From assembly GCA_030295235.1 (NCBI GenBank), contig AP026128.1:806001-870000 (forward strand): a DNA stretch of 64,000 nucleotides, written 5' to 3'. Positions 24,003-35,721 of the stretch are shown in pieces. Source of the DNA: Fistulifera solaris (lineage: Eukaryota). The notes beneath the pieces are model-generated. The model saw only the letters and a list, made by a program, of their open reading frames with translations, searched no databases and was not told the origin of the DNA. How positions within the stretch are numbered: the stretch's first letter is position 1; every line of letters begins with the position of its first letter. A program made the translations under genes and the position numbers.

Positions 24003-24833
24003 CCGATTCCAGAAATTCTGGAACGTGAACAAAATCTCTGTGTGACTCAAATCACCAATTCCAGAATTTCTGGAACGCCCACAAAATGTCTGTCGCTGTC
24101 TCGACCAAAATAGTAGTACCGATTCCAGAAATTCTGGAACGTGAACAAAATCTCTGTGTGATTCAAATCACCAATTCCAGAATTTCTGGAACGCCCACAA
24201 AATGTCTGTCGCTGTCTCGACCAAAATAGTAGTACCGATTCCAGAAATTCTGGAACGTGAACAGAATCTCTGTGTGACTCAAATCACTTATTCCAGAATT
24301 TCTGGAACGCCCACAAAAATGTCTGTCTCTGTCTCGACCAAAATAACGATTCCAGAAATTCTGGAACGTGAACAAAATCTCTGTGTGACTCAAATCACCT
24401 ATTCCAGAATTTCTGGAACGCCCACAAAATGTCTGTCTCTGTCTCGACCAAAATAGTAGTACCGATTCCAGAAATTCTGGAACGTCAACAAAATCTCTGT
24501 GTGACTCAAATCACCAATTCCAGAATTTCTGGAACGCCCACAAAATGTCTGTTTTGTCTCGACCTAAATACCGATTCCAGAAATTCTGGAACGTCAACAA
24601 AATCTCTGTGTGACTCAAATCACCTATTCCAGAATTTCTGGAACGCCCACAAAAATGTCTGTCTCTGTCTCGACCAAAATAACGATTCCAGAAATTCTGG
24701 AACGTGAACAAAATCTCTGTGTGACTCAAATCACCTATTCCAGAATTTCTGGAACGCCCACAAAATGTCTGTCTGGCCAAAAACTCCGATGATTATTCCA
24801 GAAAATCCGGAACATTGAACAAATTCTCTGTGT
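24003..24833. repeat. Dimeric tandem minisatellite, 7 units of 109-116 bp, each with two 17-bp palindromes
   Basis: TTCCAGAAATTCTGGAA at 24007, 24123, 24239, 24350, 24466, 24575, 24686. TTCCAGAATTTCTGGAA at 24059, 24175, 24291, 24402, 24518, 24627, 24738. Degenerate copy at 24796. Confidence 0.97.
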
Positions 24834-24977
24834 GCGTTCTAAAAACTACGGCACGCGTACCCGCCGCCATTTCTTTGCGACCAGGCGACCAAAACAAATA
24901 TTGCATCATCTATCATCTTGCAGCTATGTTGTGACAAATATTCATAACTTGAATGCAGAGCACATTCAAATAGAAAA

Positions 24978-26336
24978 ATGTCGACCCTTTCTCGATTATA
25001 CCGCGCCACGGCGACTCGTAGTAACTACGACACAATCTTTCTGATTCTTCTCTTGTCATTTGAGTTGGTCATCAGCATTGGCATTGTTCGATACGTTCCT
25101 TACACCGAAATCGATTGGAAAGCGTACATGCAAGAAGTCGAAGCATGGTTGGATGGTGAGACCAATTACATGAATATTCGAGGCGATACGGGGCCTCTCG
25201 TGTATCCGGCGGGCTTTTTATACCTATTTGCATTATTGCGATGGCTCACCGACGAAGGGAAAAATATAGCCAAAGCACAGTCTATCTTTATTGGCTTTTA
25301 CTGGATACAGCAATTTGTCATTTTACTCATTTATCAAGAAAGATTTTCCTGGATTCGGTCGCGTTGTAAAGAAAAGGACGATGCGACGCTAGCGCATCAA
25401 GTTTGGGCGTGGCGTGGTGCCATGGCAATCACGTGCTTTTCTAAAAGGATTCATTCCATCTTTCTTCTCCGCTTATTCAATGATGGCCCAACCATGCTAC
25501 TGTTATACATTTCCGTCCTCTTATTCATGCGCCATAGATGGAATGTGGGGTGCGTCGTATTCTCGTTGGCGGTTTCGATGAAAATGAATGTTCTGCTGTT
25601 CGCTCCGGGATTGCTGTTATTACTTCTTCAGGCTAGTCCGAACCTTAAAACCGTCATTCTCCGGCTCGGACTTGGCTGTGCTTTGCCCCAACTGATACTT
25701 GGAGCGCCGTTCTTGACGACGTACCCAGTCTCGTATCTTCGCAAGGCCTTCGAGCTGGATCGCGTATTCTTTTACAAATGGACAGTAAATTGGAAGGTAA
25801 GAAAATGTGTTGCCCTGAAAGAGAAGTGTTGACCAACTCTAACATTTTTTAAAGTTTCTGCCGGAGGATTTGTTCTTAGCCAAGTCCGTGTCGTTCGTCT
25901 TGCTACTTTGCCACCTATGCGGATTGGGCATATTGTCAGTTCGATGGCTTCGCGCGGCGCAGAAACAAGCTTCCAGGCGGATATTTTTGCATGAACCCCT
26001 CTCTTCCCATTATATAGCATACACCATGTTCGTTTCGAACTTTGTCGGTATTGCCTTCGCGCGAACATTGCATTACCAGTTTTATTCGTGGTATTTCGCT
26101 GCATTACCATATTTATTGTGGTCACCGACGAATGGCGATTCTTTTGCAATGTGGGCATTCAGGTTGCTTCCGATTGCAGGAGTAGAGATTGCTTTTTGAC
26201 ATTTCCTGCTACCCCTTGGAGTAGTGCGATACTACAACTAAGTCATGTTGCCGTTCTCCTAAGTATTCAACCTCCGCTAGTCATCGACGCAGAGCAGGCC
26301 ACCAAAGCCGTCGAGACAGCCCGGAAGAGAGACTAG
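24978..26336 (+). CDS. ALG3: Dol-P-Man:Man5GlcNAc2-PP-Dol alpha-1,3-mannosyltransferase
   Basis: [62 protein letters not shown]. Intron after ~25796 and a T-run frameshift at ~26195. Confidence 0.95.
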
Positions 26337-26416
26337 ACTGCTAAAATCAAAATAAATACTCTGTTTATGCACAAAGGGTTCATTTATTCGCTTTTCTTTA
26401 CTGCCTTTCGTATCCT

Positions 26417-27739
26417 CTACTCTTGCAAGAAGAACGGGTGCTGTAGAGCGGCTTTGCAGGCAATTCGTCGATCCGGATCGTAAGCGAGTAGCTTGTTCAG
26501 TAAATCCACACCCACCGGTCCTCCCAGTAAGTTTTGCGCTACAAAGTCCGTAATAGGCCGCTCTCGCCATAGCGGAAACTCTGCATTGTAATGTGGGAGA
26601 CGCAAGACGGCAGGCCATGTTTCTCCACTAGGAGTACCCCGGCGTTGAAAGATTTTGAAAATTTGGTCGCTGTAACATAAGACCGACGAATCAGAAAACA
26701 AGAATCTTTGTAGAGGAGAAACTATCGGCAAGACACTTACATATCACTTCGACCAGGGAATAGGGGCATGCCGTTGGCCATCTCCGCAAAGATACACCCA
26801 ATACTCCATACATCCACTGCCGTACTGTATCGGTTGGCCCCTAACAATAATTCCGGCGATCTATACCAAAGCGTGACGACCTCGAATGTATAGGGTCCAT
26901 TGGGAATAGCCGACAATCGAGCAAGACCGAAATCGGCCAACTTGACGTGCTTGCCGTCACCGGAAATGAGAAGCTAAAACATAGCACGCCAACGATGAGA
27001 CAAAATTTCGCTGCTCGTCACTGATCGCAAAAATATTCTCAGGTGACTTACATTATGAGGTTTCAAATCACGATGCAAGATCCGATACGTGTGACAGCAG
27101 CCAACTCCCGCAATGATTTGACGAAGAAACGATCGCACTGTGGAAATCGGTAACCCAATCCGTTCATTGATATCGTCTGATTTCTGACACTTGTCCATGT
27201 AGCTCTTCAAATCGAATTTGACATATTCGAACACAAGATACAGACCGTCTGGTTGCGCCTGAATGATATCATAGAGTTTGACCTAATCAAGAAAGGATTG
27301 TCAGACACGAAATCAATCGAATTTTAAATTCCGTTGAAAGGAACGCACCACATTGGGATGATCTAGCTCACGAAGTAAGCTAATTTCTCGGATCACGTTA
27401 CAAGGAACGCCTCCTTCCGGGGTAGAATCCGTAAAGGGGATACGTTTGATCGCGACAATGTCGTTGTTATCCAACTTTCGGCCCTTGTATACAATGCCAT
27501 ACGCTCCTTGCCCAAGCATATCCGTCCTATGGAATAAAGATAAACTGTAAGATTGAAAGGAATGTAGTATGCAACAGAAAACAGTTATCCTTGCCGTACC
27601 GTTCATAACCTTCCAAGGCAGGTTCCTCTTCAAGTCCTCCGTGACGACCTCGACGATGATCGACTTCCATATTCTCGTCCTCGTCATCCGATACTTGCTC
27701 GATCAAATCGGCATCGTCGTCAAACATATCGTTATTCAT
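26417..27739 (-). CDS. Cyclin-dependent kinase with atypical PCNVIRE helix (multi-exon)
   Basis: [98 protein letters not shown]. About 4 short introns. Confidence 0.92.
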
Positions 27740-28231
27740 TGCTTATATACCGAAAGATGTATCTAATAATAATCGTTGAGTGGAAGTAGAAAGACAGTAA
27801 AGATCTTTTGGTCCGCGCCGCTGTCGTCGTGTTGGTCTTTTTCTCGGTGAAAAGGCATCGTCCGCATTTCCAACGGATACGTATTGCGCCATGGCGCGAA
27901 GGCCAGATCGCGTTTGAAATTTACAGTAAAATGCTGTATACCGTACTTGTGCGACATGTAGCACGTTCTATACTTAATACCTGATGCAACCCTGCCCTTA
28001 TTTTTCGCAGTTGACGATTGACAATGACGCCGTTGGCGCTCATGTGGATGAGATGAAATAACAATTTCTCTCGGAGTTTTCAAACTTGTTGCAATCATTT
28101 ATTCGAAGAGCGAGAGCTTTGAGTAGCGCGTCGTGTTTGACTTAGCCTGTCCCTTTCGTCGAGATCTCCTGTAAGCTTATTTTGGCACGCAAGTCCAAGC
28201 ACAAGGAAAAAAATCAACAGCGCTTGTAATT

Positions 28232-28759
28232 ATGTCCGTCAAACGACTCTTTGCCCGCATTGCTTTAGTGTCACTGGTCTCCCGTCCTTCCGTGGGTGCA
28301 TTTGTTGCTCCCGGTATTCCTCGCTTCACTTACCGTGCTCCTCTACAAATCAATCATCAAGTGCGCCGCATGGCTGCCTCGTCGACTGCCGATATCAAGC
28401 ACGTCGGCAAGGAAGAAATGCGGAAGATATTGGATGAATACGAAGAGAATGGGCGAGAAGCTTCGGGATGTGTCGTGATTGATGTTCGAACGGAAGACGA
28501 GGTCTATTCGACGGGAAAATTGAGTCCGAGCGTGCATACTCTTCCGGTGCAAGTGATAATGCAAGCAAATGTATTTCAAATGGATCCCGATGATTTTGAA
28601 GATTATTGTGGATTTGCCAAGCCCACGGTGGACGAGACTATCGTGTTTTCGTGTGCGGCGGGGGTGCGATCGGTGTACGCTTGTCAATTTGCGGCAAAAG
28701 CGGGTTATTCGAATCTCGTCAACTATGCAGGCGGTAGTCATGAATGGTTTGGTAATTAA
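28232..28759 (+). CDS. Single-domain rhodanese/sulfurtransferase-like protein, probably plastid-targeted
   Basis: VIDVRTEDE, FSCAAGVRS (active-site Cys loop), NYAGGSHEW. Signal peptide plus VGAFVAP. Confidence 0.85.
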   Translation: MSVKRLFARIALVSLVSRPSVGAFVAPGIPRFTYRAPLQINHQVRRMAASSTADIKHVGKEEMRKILDEYEENGREASGCVVIDVRTEDEVYSTGKLSPSVHTLPVQVIMQANVFQMDPDDFEDYCGFAKPTVDETIVFSCAAGVRSVYACQFAAKAGYSNLVNYAGGSHEWFGN

Positions 28760-28881
28760 ACATATATACTAACATTGGTGTTGATCGAAGGTCTCGTGTG
28801 TTACTTGTTGAGAATAGGGGAACCCGTCAGACTACTATAAATGGAGATGGAATGGGAATGTTCCGAAACGAACGACAGCGT

Positions 28882-29387
28882 TTATTGCGGCAAGTAAATG
28901 TAGTCGGAACTGTCATGCTGACGAGGAACAAGAAGACTGGGAGACATAGTCGTGAACGGAGACTCGAGCGGACGGGAAATATTTGATCCAGTGTTCGGCG
29001 TTGCGGCGACAGGAACCGGCGGCTGGCGCTGCGCCATGATACCGCGATAATAATCCGCCAAAAATTCCTCTCGCGCCGCCACCGCAGAGCTGGAGCGGAT
29101 CGGTGGATTTGTAGAATCACCATCAAAATTTTCTGCCTCCAAAGCTCGCACAATTTCCTCGAGAGTCTCCTCTTCTTGCTTGTTTTGCAATTCGAAAAAA
29201 CGCCTCCACAAACTGATCACAGCTCGTGAGTTCGGCGCCGTAGAAGTCTATTCAGTGCAAATAGACAAAAGTAAATCAGGGAGTAAGAATGAGAGAGTAC
29301 TGACACGCTCGGTTCATTTGTAAAATCACTTACTCGAGCCGCTCGCGGTCCAAAGATTTTGAGGAAAGACCAGATGGTACTCGCCAT
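28882..29387 (-). CDS. Small hypothetical protein (two exons)
   Basis: ATG 29387 (MASTIWSFLKIFGPRAAR), GTAAGT donor, then open frame 28882-29220. No recognised domain. Confidence 0.45.
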
Positions 29388-29941
29388 GTTGCATCCGTTG
29401 AGCGTTGGCTATAGCAGCTAATAGATTTGACCCGATTAATTCCACACAACGTGAAACGGTCGGAATGAGACCCCCGACGACAACAAAGAAGCTAGCAACA
29501 AGGCTAAGTTCTGACTTTTTATTGTTCCTTTATAATTGCTTGGTTTGTTTCCATTCAAGCAATTTCTTTCGACGTCCATTCCTTCGTGCTTTTTTTCCGC
29601 ATGCGTTCTCAAAGAGTATCACCAATACCGAGTACGACTCATTCTACCTATGTAACATTTTCTGCAGTATAGCATAGAATGTCGTTGAGGATTATTACTA
29701 TGCACATAGTGTAGTGCAGTTTAGGCGGAAATATTTATTGCTCGCACCAATGCTGCGTCAAATAGCGCGGAAGCAAGTTTTCGACAAAAGGAAATGCGGT
29801 CGATCTATACTGCAGCTGCATTGTCTTTATAACTTTATTGTTGCAATTTTCAAAGTCACACAATCCCCATTAGCAGAGGACGAAAGGCGTCTTCTTAAAC
29901 TTTTCCGTAATTAGCCCTGTCGTTTCGTCAAAGCATTCATA

Positions 29942-32464
29942 ATGTCATCCGCAACGTGTGAACAACCAAATTCGTGCACCTACAGCGTCGTGTATTACGC
30001 ACGGAAGAATAAGGTGCACAAATCCAAAGGCGTCTCTAAGATCGATGGCCTTTTGACGGTTCGATTTCCTCCTGTGTCTACAGTAACTCTTAAGAATAAC
30101 GACGATGACGAGAATGATGAGGGTAGTGACGATGAGGACACGAACACCTCAAACAAGAAACGTCGAAAGATGCAGCACAGTTCCTGCGTCAAAGGCATTG
30201 TATTTTCGGGGACTATGCGTGATATTGCAAACTCTGCTTTGGAAGGAGCATTCAAAGAAGACGATATCATCGCAGTCGGCGGATATGAGGTCCAAATTTT
30301 GAGTGTATGTGGTGCATCACCCAAGCCAGTAACATCTACAATTATGGGTGCAATGCGATCTGCCACGCTTTCCCGTGCAAAGCTTCCTCTTCCGTCTTCA
30401 AACAACGTCAAAGTGGAACGAAAACCTCCCGCGCAACCTCAAAAGCTCGTCAAGACGCAACAACATTCGTTAGGAGCCAGAAAAATTGCAACAGCGACCA
30501 AGACTTTGATTCGCCGGCCTTTACACTCGACAACGAACTCGCAAATAGCAGTATCACAGAAGCCGGCGACACTGAAACGTCCTGCTCCCTCCCAGATCAA
30601 GCATTCGTCTGCGTCGGCAATTGCTACGGTCGACACGTCGGTTCTTCCCCACATCCCGTTGCCATCAAGCATTCGACGCGCACTCAAACAACACCAGGTG
30701 GTGGCCGTCGACTTTCTCTGGAAAGCACTCAACACCTTCCACGGTTCAATCTTAGCGGATGAGATGGGCCTTGGGAAGACATTGACAACCATAGCTATCA
30801 TTTGTGCTTTCTATCGTCAGAACAGACTGAAGGTGAGTTTCTTGACAATTTGTTCGCATGAATGACTTTCGTTGTCGAAGCTCATCCTGTCGTAGAACTT
30901 CTTGGTCGTTTGTCCGTCGTCTTTGGTTGGTAACTGGGGCACTGAGTTCGACAAATGGATCGGAAAAGCCTGTGAACCCAAGCGAGTTGTCATTCGCAGC
31001 GGTGGCGAGCAAGCTCAGCAAGATATGCAGACCTTTGCCAGAATCCGAAAGGGCAAGTTTTGATCCTATCATATGACTTGTTCCGGCGCAATGCTGCATT
31101 GGTTTCAAACATCGATGTTTCGATCCTAGTGGTGGATGAAGGGCATCGCTTGAAAAACAAAAACGGGTCGCTGACAATGACGGCCTTGCAAACAGTTCCC
31201 GCTGACGCTCGATTGTGTTTGACAGCAACACCCGTCCAGAACAACCTGGTTGAATTTCACAGCTTGGTCAATTTCAGTTGCCCGGGTCTTCTGGGAGACC
31301 TGGCTACTTTTGTGAAGGAGTTTGATCGACCTATCACCAAAGCCCACAGCAAAAAACGCGACAGTGGCTGAGCGGAAATGTGGCGAAATGATGTCCGCCA
31401 AGCTCGAAAAACTGACCGAGAGTTTCGTCTTGCGTCGTTTGCAAAAGATGTCCTCAAAACCATGTTACCAGCCCGCACGGAGGCGCTTCTATTTTGTCGA
31501 CCAACACCCGAACAGTGTGATTTGTATCAATCCATTGCGACAGCCGCTTCGAATGAAAGTGAGGATGCGGCAGATTCGCTGACGTCGTTGATCGAGCTTC
31601 GAAAAGTGTGTATTCATCCCTGCTTGGTGAACGCACAATTCAAACAATCTCTCAATCTGTCGGGAAAGTTGCTCGTTCTTGACGCGCTACTGCGTTCCAT
31701 TCGTTCCACTTCACCCGATGACAAAGTTGTGGTGGTATCCAACTTCACATCTATGCTATCTCTCCTAGAGACGTCGATCATGCAGCCGATGGGATACACT
31801 TACAGTCGTTTAGACGGCTCTATCGAAATCTCTCGCCGCCAGGGCTTGGTTGATGATTTCAACCGACAGAGTGCGGACAGCCAATTTTGTTTTCTACTTA
31901 GCTCCAAAGCTGGTGGCTGTGGTTTGAACCTGATTGGAGCAAACCGCTTGATTCTGGTAGACAACGATTGGAATCCAGCTACTGACATTCAGGCCATGGG
32001 GCGCGTTTACAGACAAGGTCAGACGAAGCCATGTACGATCTACCGTCTCATCACGTCTGGTACTATCGAAGAGGTGATCTATCAGCGTCAAAGTCAGAAA
32101 GAACGCTTAGCCGCAATGTCCGTGGATAGTCAAAGCAAGGGCAAGTTTGAAGGAGGAATTGGCAGACTGCTTCACATTGAAGAGAAACTGCCCGTGCGAT
32201 ACCAAACGAAAAGTTGGGGACGCGTGGCCAACATACGAGGGGCGAGCTAGCTTGCAAGAATGGGATTGCGATGATGAACCGCTGCTTGAAGTTTCAGAAG
32301 CCGTGAAAGAGCACTTGGGGTTTGTTCATATCGTGGACGGAGCATCCCAGTTACACACGCACGGCACAGCAAATAGCGTCCCCTCTGAAGCGCCGAAATC
32401 TTGCATGGACGACAATGCAATGAGCACCAGTGAGGAAGAGTTTTCCATGAGTGACGATGAGTGA
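29942..32464 (+). CDS. SNF2-family ATPase, RAD54/RAD54B-like
   Basis: ILADEMGLGKT, VVCPSSLVGNW, VVDEGHRLKN, LTATPVQNNL, LSGKL, LLSSKAGGCGLNLIGANRL, WNPATDIQAMGRVYRQGQ. Intron 30833-30895 and several 1-nt frameshifts. Confidence 0.92.
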
Positions 32465-32573
32465 CGATGACGAGTAGAAAGGTGTGCTCTTGATCGACTT
32501 TTGAGATCTGATTTAGCCGATTAGACCATCGTACGAACGTCCTATTTAGATTTGCAAGTTGCTGAATTGCATT

Positions 32574-33348
32574 TTATTCGAGGTCAATGATAGCTTGCTT
32601 TTCTTCCGGTTCTATGATTGGCTTGCCGGATAGTGTGCATGTTAGCCAGTGCAATAGTAATCCCGGAGGGCCTATAAGATTGCAAAACAACACCGAGTGC
32701 GGTGTAAAGATCCCCCTTCGTAGGCCATCGAGCCACACGTACCTTCCGACGAACAGATCCCAGGTCAAGACATGAGACCACTCCTCTGCGACGAAATTGG
32801 GATAATTGCTAGTCATTCCCATGAAGGCCGCTTGCGGGTCACCGGACGGATCGAACACATCATTGAATTCCGCCAAAGGTGCCGTCGCATCTTCTCCGAG
32901 AGCTAACGAAGCCGAGACGATAAAGAAATGAACCAACGCGCAAAGAAGAAGTATTTCTGATAAAACTTTTGAGCGATGAAGTTTCTTGCAATTTCAGAAG
33001 TTTATTGTTGGTTGGGACTTACCGAGTCCGCCCATGATTTGCTTGGTGATTTTTTGCTTTTGAAAGAGAATAATCAGCATCCAAAATGGCTGAGGGAAGA
33101 ACGTGGCTACCGAAAATGCCAAATGAATGGGTTCAGGGGAAGTTTCGACTGCTGTTATTGTGCTGCTCATGAACGAGTCGGAAAGCAGAGAAACTGTCTC
33201 TGGCACCACCGCTAGAACCGAAGTCGGCCTGGGTTTTGAGGGAAGAGGAGGGCGAGAAGATTTTTCTCGCTCGGTGTTGTGTGAAACTTTCCGCTCCTCC
33301 ATTCATCAGGAAAAGAAGAATCAACATTGATAGGCCTTTCGATCTCAT
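32574..33348 (-). CDS. ABA4-like (DUF4281) plastid membrane protein
   Basis: PFWMLIILF...TKQIM, EEWSHVLTWDLFVGRYVWLDG, HSVLFCNLIGPPGLLLH. Presequence MRSKGLSMLILLFLMNGGAESF. One intron and a frameshift. Confidence 0.8.
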
Positions 33349-33773
33349 TATACCAAGTTACACCTTCTAAAGAGATTTATCGAACTTCAAAGTAGTCTAT
33401 TTTTGGCATTGATATCTTACTATCCTTTTGTTTCTCGTCCTCGCTCCTCGCTGGCCATCTTCGCGTCTGATTCATATTTTCGATGTTTTTGTTTCTTGTT
33501 CTAGCCAAGTCCGCTTTTTTCTTTTGAATTCCACATTCCACATTCCAATCTTGTTGCTGGCGAACATCAAATACGTCACTGCATCCGTAGCCACACGTCA
33601 CAATCTCTAACATAAAACTAAGGAGGTGCACCGTGCACCGCAAGGTAGATTTAAAGCTTACTCCTTCTTACGTAGCAAAACGTAGAAACACAACACTGAT
33701 AATTATTTTCCATTTACGGCATGACCTCTTGTCGAATAAAACTTTGACTTGGTCATCCACCTTCTCTAGCTAG

Positions 33774-34703
33774 CTAGTGATGCGAATGGTTGCATCCGGC
33801 ACCTCCATTGCACGTCGCGTTCTCGGCTGCTTTCTTACGAGAAAGATAGTTCGAAAAGAGCAATAGCGCACATCCAGCTAGATTCGCCACGCGGTGTTGA
33901 ATTCCGTGATGGAGAGTGTGAAGCAATTCATGAACGAAATGGCCGACGGATCCGCCGACACCGTGTGGAACCAAGGAACAGCCGGCATTCGCAGAGCCTA
34001 CCAATAAGAGTCCGAGACATCCCAATGCGGCTATCCACTTGGTTTTATGATTGTAGAGGTAGTTGGTCACGGTAGCCAAGCCTCCGACCGGCAATACAAA
34101 ACCGAGAGCAACTGTATGTCCTGCTTGGTGCAGCCATTCCAGTTGCGAAGCCGAAACGAGAATCCCCATTAAAGGGAATACAATCGTAATAATCGGAAGG
34201 ACGGTGCAATCCAAGACACAAAGCAGGGACGCAAAATTCGAGAATTGCAGTAGTTGATCCTTCCATGACGTTTTCGATGGAATCGATGATTCGACGGATC
34301 CTTCACTATCACTGTCGTCCGAGCTAGCGGTGATGTCGGGATTCGATACCATGCCGCAGTAAGTGAGACTGACGGGGGGAGGACAAGAGCGACAGAAAGG
34401 CAAAGTGCATAAACTTCGAAGACTTCCGGCTGCGGACGAGAATCGGCTCGGGCGCTTGTCATAGCGACTTGCGCCGATGCCGCGCGGGGTAGAAGCAAGA
34501 AATGTTGCTCCCGAGTGCACTGAACCCTTGGAACGACGATACGTTAGGGTCGAATGCGGTGCATTGTGAATCGTTTTACTATCATTCATTGTGGTTGCCG
34601 GCTGAAAAGCAGCAAAGGCGACAACGGAGTACTTTGACAAAAGAAAACACCAGATAATCAAAGGCACGAATGACTCTGTCTTGAAGTTACAATGCATAAA
34701 CAT
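33774..34703 (-). CDS. MerC-domain membrane protein with N-terminal extension
   Basis: ASLLCVLDCTVLP matches the MerC CxxxC TM1 signature. Four hydrophobic segments and His-rich loops. Start is uncertain. Confidence 0.7.
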   Translation of the reverse strand: MFMHCNFKTESFVPLIIWCFLLSKYSVVAFAAFQPATTMNDSKTIHNAPHSTLTYRRSKGSVHSGATFLASTPRGIGASRYDKRPSRFSSAAGSLRSLCTLPFCRSCPPPVSLTYCGMVSNPDITASSDDSDSEGSVESSIPSKTSWKDQLLQFSNFASLLCVLDCTVLPIITIVFPLMGILVSASQLEWLHQAGHTVALGFVLPVGGLATVTNYLYNHKTKWIAALGCLGLLLVGSANAGCSLVPHGVGGSVGHFVHELLHTLHHGIQHRVANLAGCALLLFSNYLSRKKAAENATCNGGAGCNHSHH

Positions 34704-35721
34704 AAGTTTAAACTGAAATGTCTTTCAAATTCAAAGAAACTGTGATTGTTATTCGAACTGTGAAAGGCAATGCAAAGACAATCATCTATCACAACACTCA
34801 CAACATCATCGCAAATCGCAATCACACTCCACGCGCTTCGTCGCTTTTGGTTTTGCGCGTCCATGCTTTTCCTTCGACACTTCGATACTACTTTGTATGA
34901 ACCAGAATGTACATTACTTTTATAAAAAAAATTAACGTTAACCTTATAGTAATTGCATTGTACGCTTTCACCTGAATAAGAAAGAATAGAAATGAGAGTC
35001 GCTGAATAGTGCCTCAGAAAGCGCATTCATCCATTATTCAACAATGATACCAGGTATGGCTATGGCTGGACATAATGATAAACGATAAACTAACAAACTA
35101 TCATAGTCTAGGAATGATGATTCATTCATGACTGAAGCCCAGTCATGAGACTAGAGAGCGCTTGACGCTTGACGCTTTTGAAGCGTGACTACAAACGACA
35201 TCGCACTTCTTCACGTACCGGTACTTCACGTATCACAGATCAAGTACCGCACATTGTACATTATTGCAAATTGCTGGCGCACTCCAGTACACTATCCAAG
35301 ACACACACCAAACATATTGAAGTTTAAAATGGAAGGGGATATATATTTTGAAACGTAATTAGTGGAAGTGAATTTAGACACACTACTTTATTATATCATG
35401 CAGGCAAATGATCTGTCAAAGTAAGTGTTGAAAAGTAACTTCGTTCTATTGCCCCTTACCCACTTGAGTTGCCTGTTGTGCATTGGGCGAAATTGACTGG
35501 TAAATAAAGGGGAAAAACTAATATAAGCCCCACTATTTTTCTGATACAACAAGACCTGCCCAAGACAAAGTCCAAGACGAAAGACGAAGGAGGAAAAAAT
35601 GAAAAAAAACAGTTCGTTGCATTGTTGTTCATCATTATTTCATTGTTTGTGTTGTTGCTCGTTGCCATTGACAAGTTTCAAAAGGTCAGGAGAACAGAGA
35701 GTTACCCTTTCTTTATGAAGA

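Noticed and set aside
24163..24792. Repetitive ORFs across the minisatellite
   Set aside because: Products of the tandem repeat on both strands, with unit lengths mostly not multiples of 3
24003..24833. CRISPR array interpretation of regularly spaced palindromic repeats
   Set aside because: The spacers are two alternating near-identical sequences rather than unique spacers. There are no cas genes and the context is eukaryotic.
7526..34703. Metal/sulfur gene cluster (FREs, cysteine synthase, rhodanese, MerC-like)
   Set aside because: Interspersed with unrelated housekeeping genes, and I did not see the FRE upstream motif before the other genes. Co-location is plausibly chance.
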